From a virus (taxonomy: Duplodnaviria; Caudoviricetes): 24,949 bases of DNA. Positions within the stretch are counted from its first letter, which is position 1, and every line of letters begins with the position of its first letter. Made by a program: the position numbers and the translations under genes. Where the stretch lies: IMG/VR virus record IMGVR_UViG_3300030207_001615, positions 1-24,949 of that record. One strand, written 5' to 3'. Positions 24,633 to 24,949 of this stretch are shown here, piece after piece. The notes below the pieces were generated by a model. It searched no databases, was not told the origin of the DNA, and saw only the letters and a list, made by a program, of their open reading frames with translations.

Positions 24633-24949
24633 CTATCCTTGCCCCGGTGCATTTTGTAACTGTTGGCTGACTTCTTGCGCTTGGCTACGCACCAAAGATA
24701 TTATGCTGCCTTCACTTTCAGAGCGGTCTGACTCAGATGGGGCTGATGGTGCTTGACCCTGTGCCATCTGTTGTAAGAATTGCTGGTGCTGACCAACGTG
24801 ATTTTGCACGACCTGCAACACCTGTTGCTGCTGTTGCGGCAATAATTGCTGAAATTGTGGCAACTGTTGTATCTGGCTGTGAATTTGTATGTGTAACTGG
24901 TGATTTTCGTTTGGTGTAACGCCCGGATCACCGCCGTTGACCAAGTAGG
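24633..24949 (-). CDS. probable portal protein C-terminus (partial)
   Basis: Frame open to the window edge; ENHQLHIQIH...HVGQHQQFL and a Q-rich tail; position upstream of scaffold and capsid. Confidence 0.65.
   Translation of the reverse strand, partial: YLVNGGDPGVTPNENHQLHIQIHSQIQQLPQFQQLLPQQQQQVLQVVQNHVGQHQQFLQQMAQGQAPSAPSESDRSESEGSIISLVRSQAQEVSQQLQNAPGQG

Noticed and set aside
1-24949. Alternative genetic code
   Set aside because: TAA, TAG and TGA all end well-supported genes and coding density is high under the standard code.

Overview
The window looks like about 25 kb of a tailed dsDNA phage genome of podovirus type (about 50% GC; host not determinable). No integrase, polymerase, primase, helicase, terminase, tRNA or CRISPR array is visible. 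Bases 1-5419 hold a mostly + strand DNA-metabolism region: a divergent XRE-type HTH gene, a repeat-studded control region, an SSB-like protein with a DDLPF tail, RusA resolvase, a ~280 nt hairpin-rich gap, a winged HTH, a PD-(D/E)XK-like nuclease and small hypothetical genes. Bases 5491-24949 form one long - strand late operon. In transcription order it encodes a portal C-terminus, zinc-ribbon protein, scaffold, major capsid, cement protein, adaptor, nozzle, four probable ejection/internal proteins, a modular tail fibre with accessory proteins, small basic proteins and holin-like membrane proteins. The two arms converge on a terminator near 5420-5460. The least explained signals are two structured non-coding elements (2508-2811 and 21791-21860), the TTTGATTRC array (1053-1266) and a 1073 aa virion protein built from alternating TADDY repeats. 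All product calls rest on motif recognition and gene order; no searches were run.
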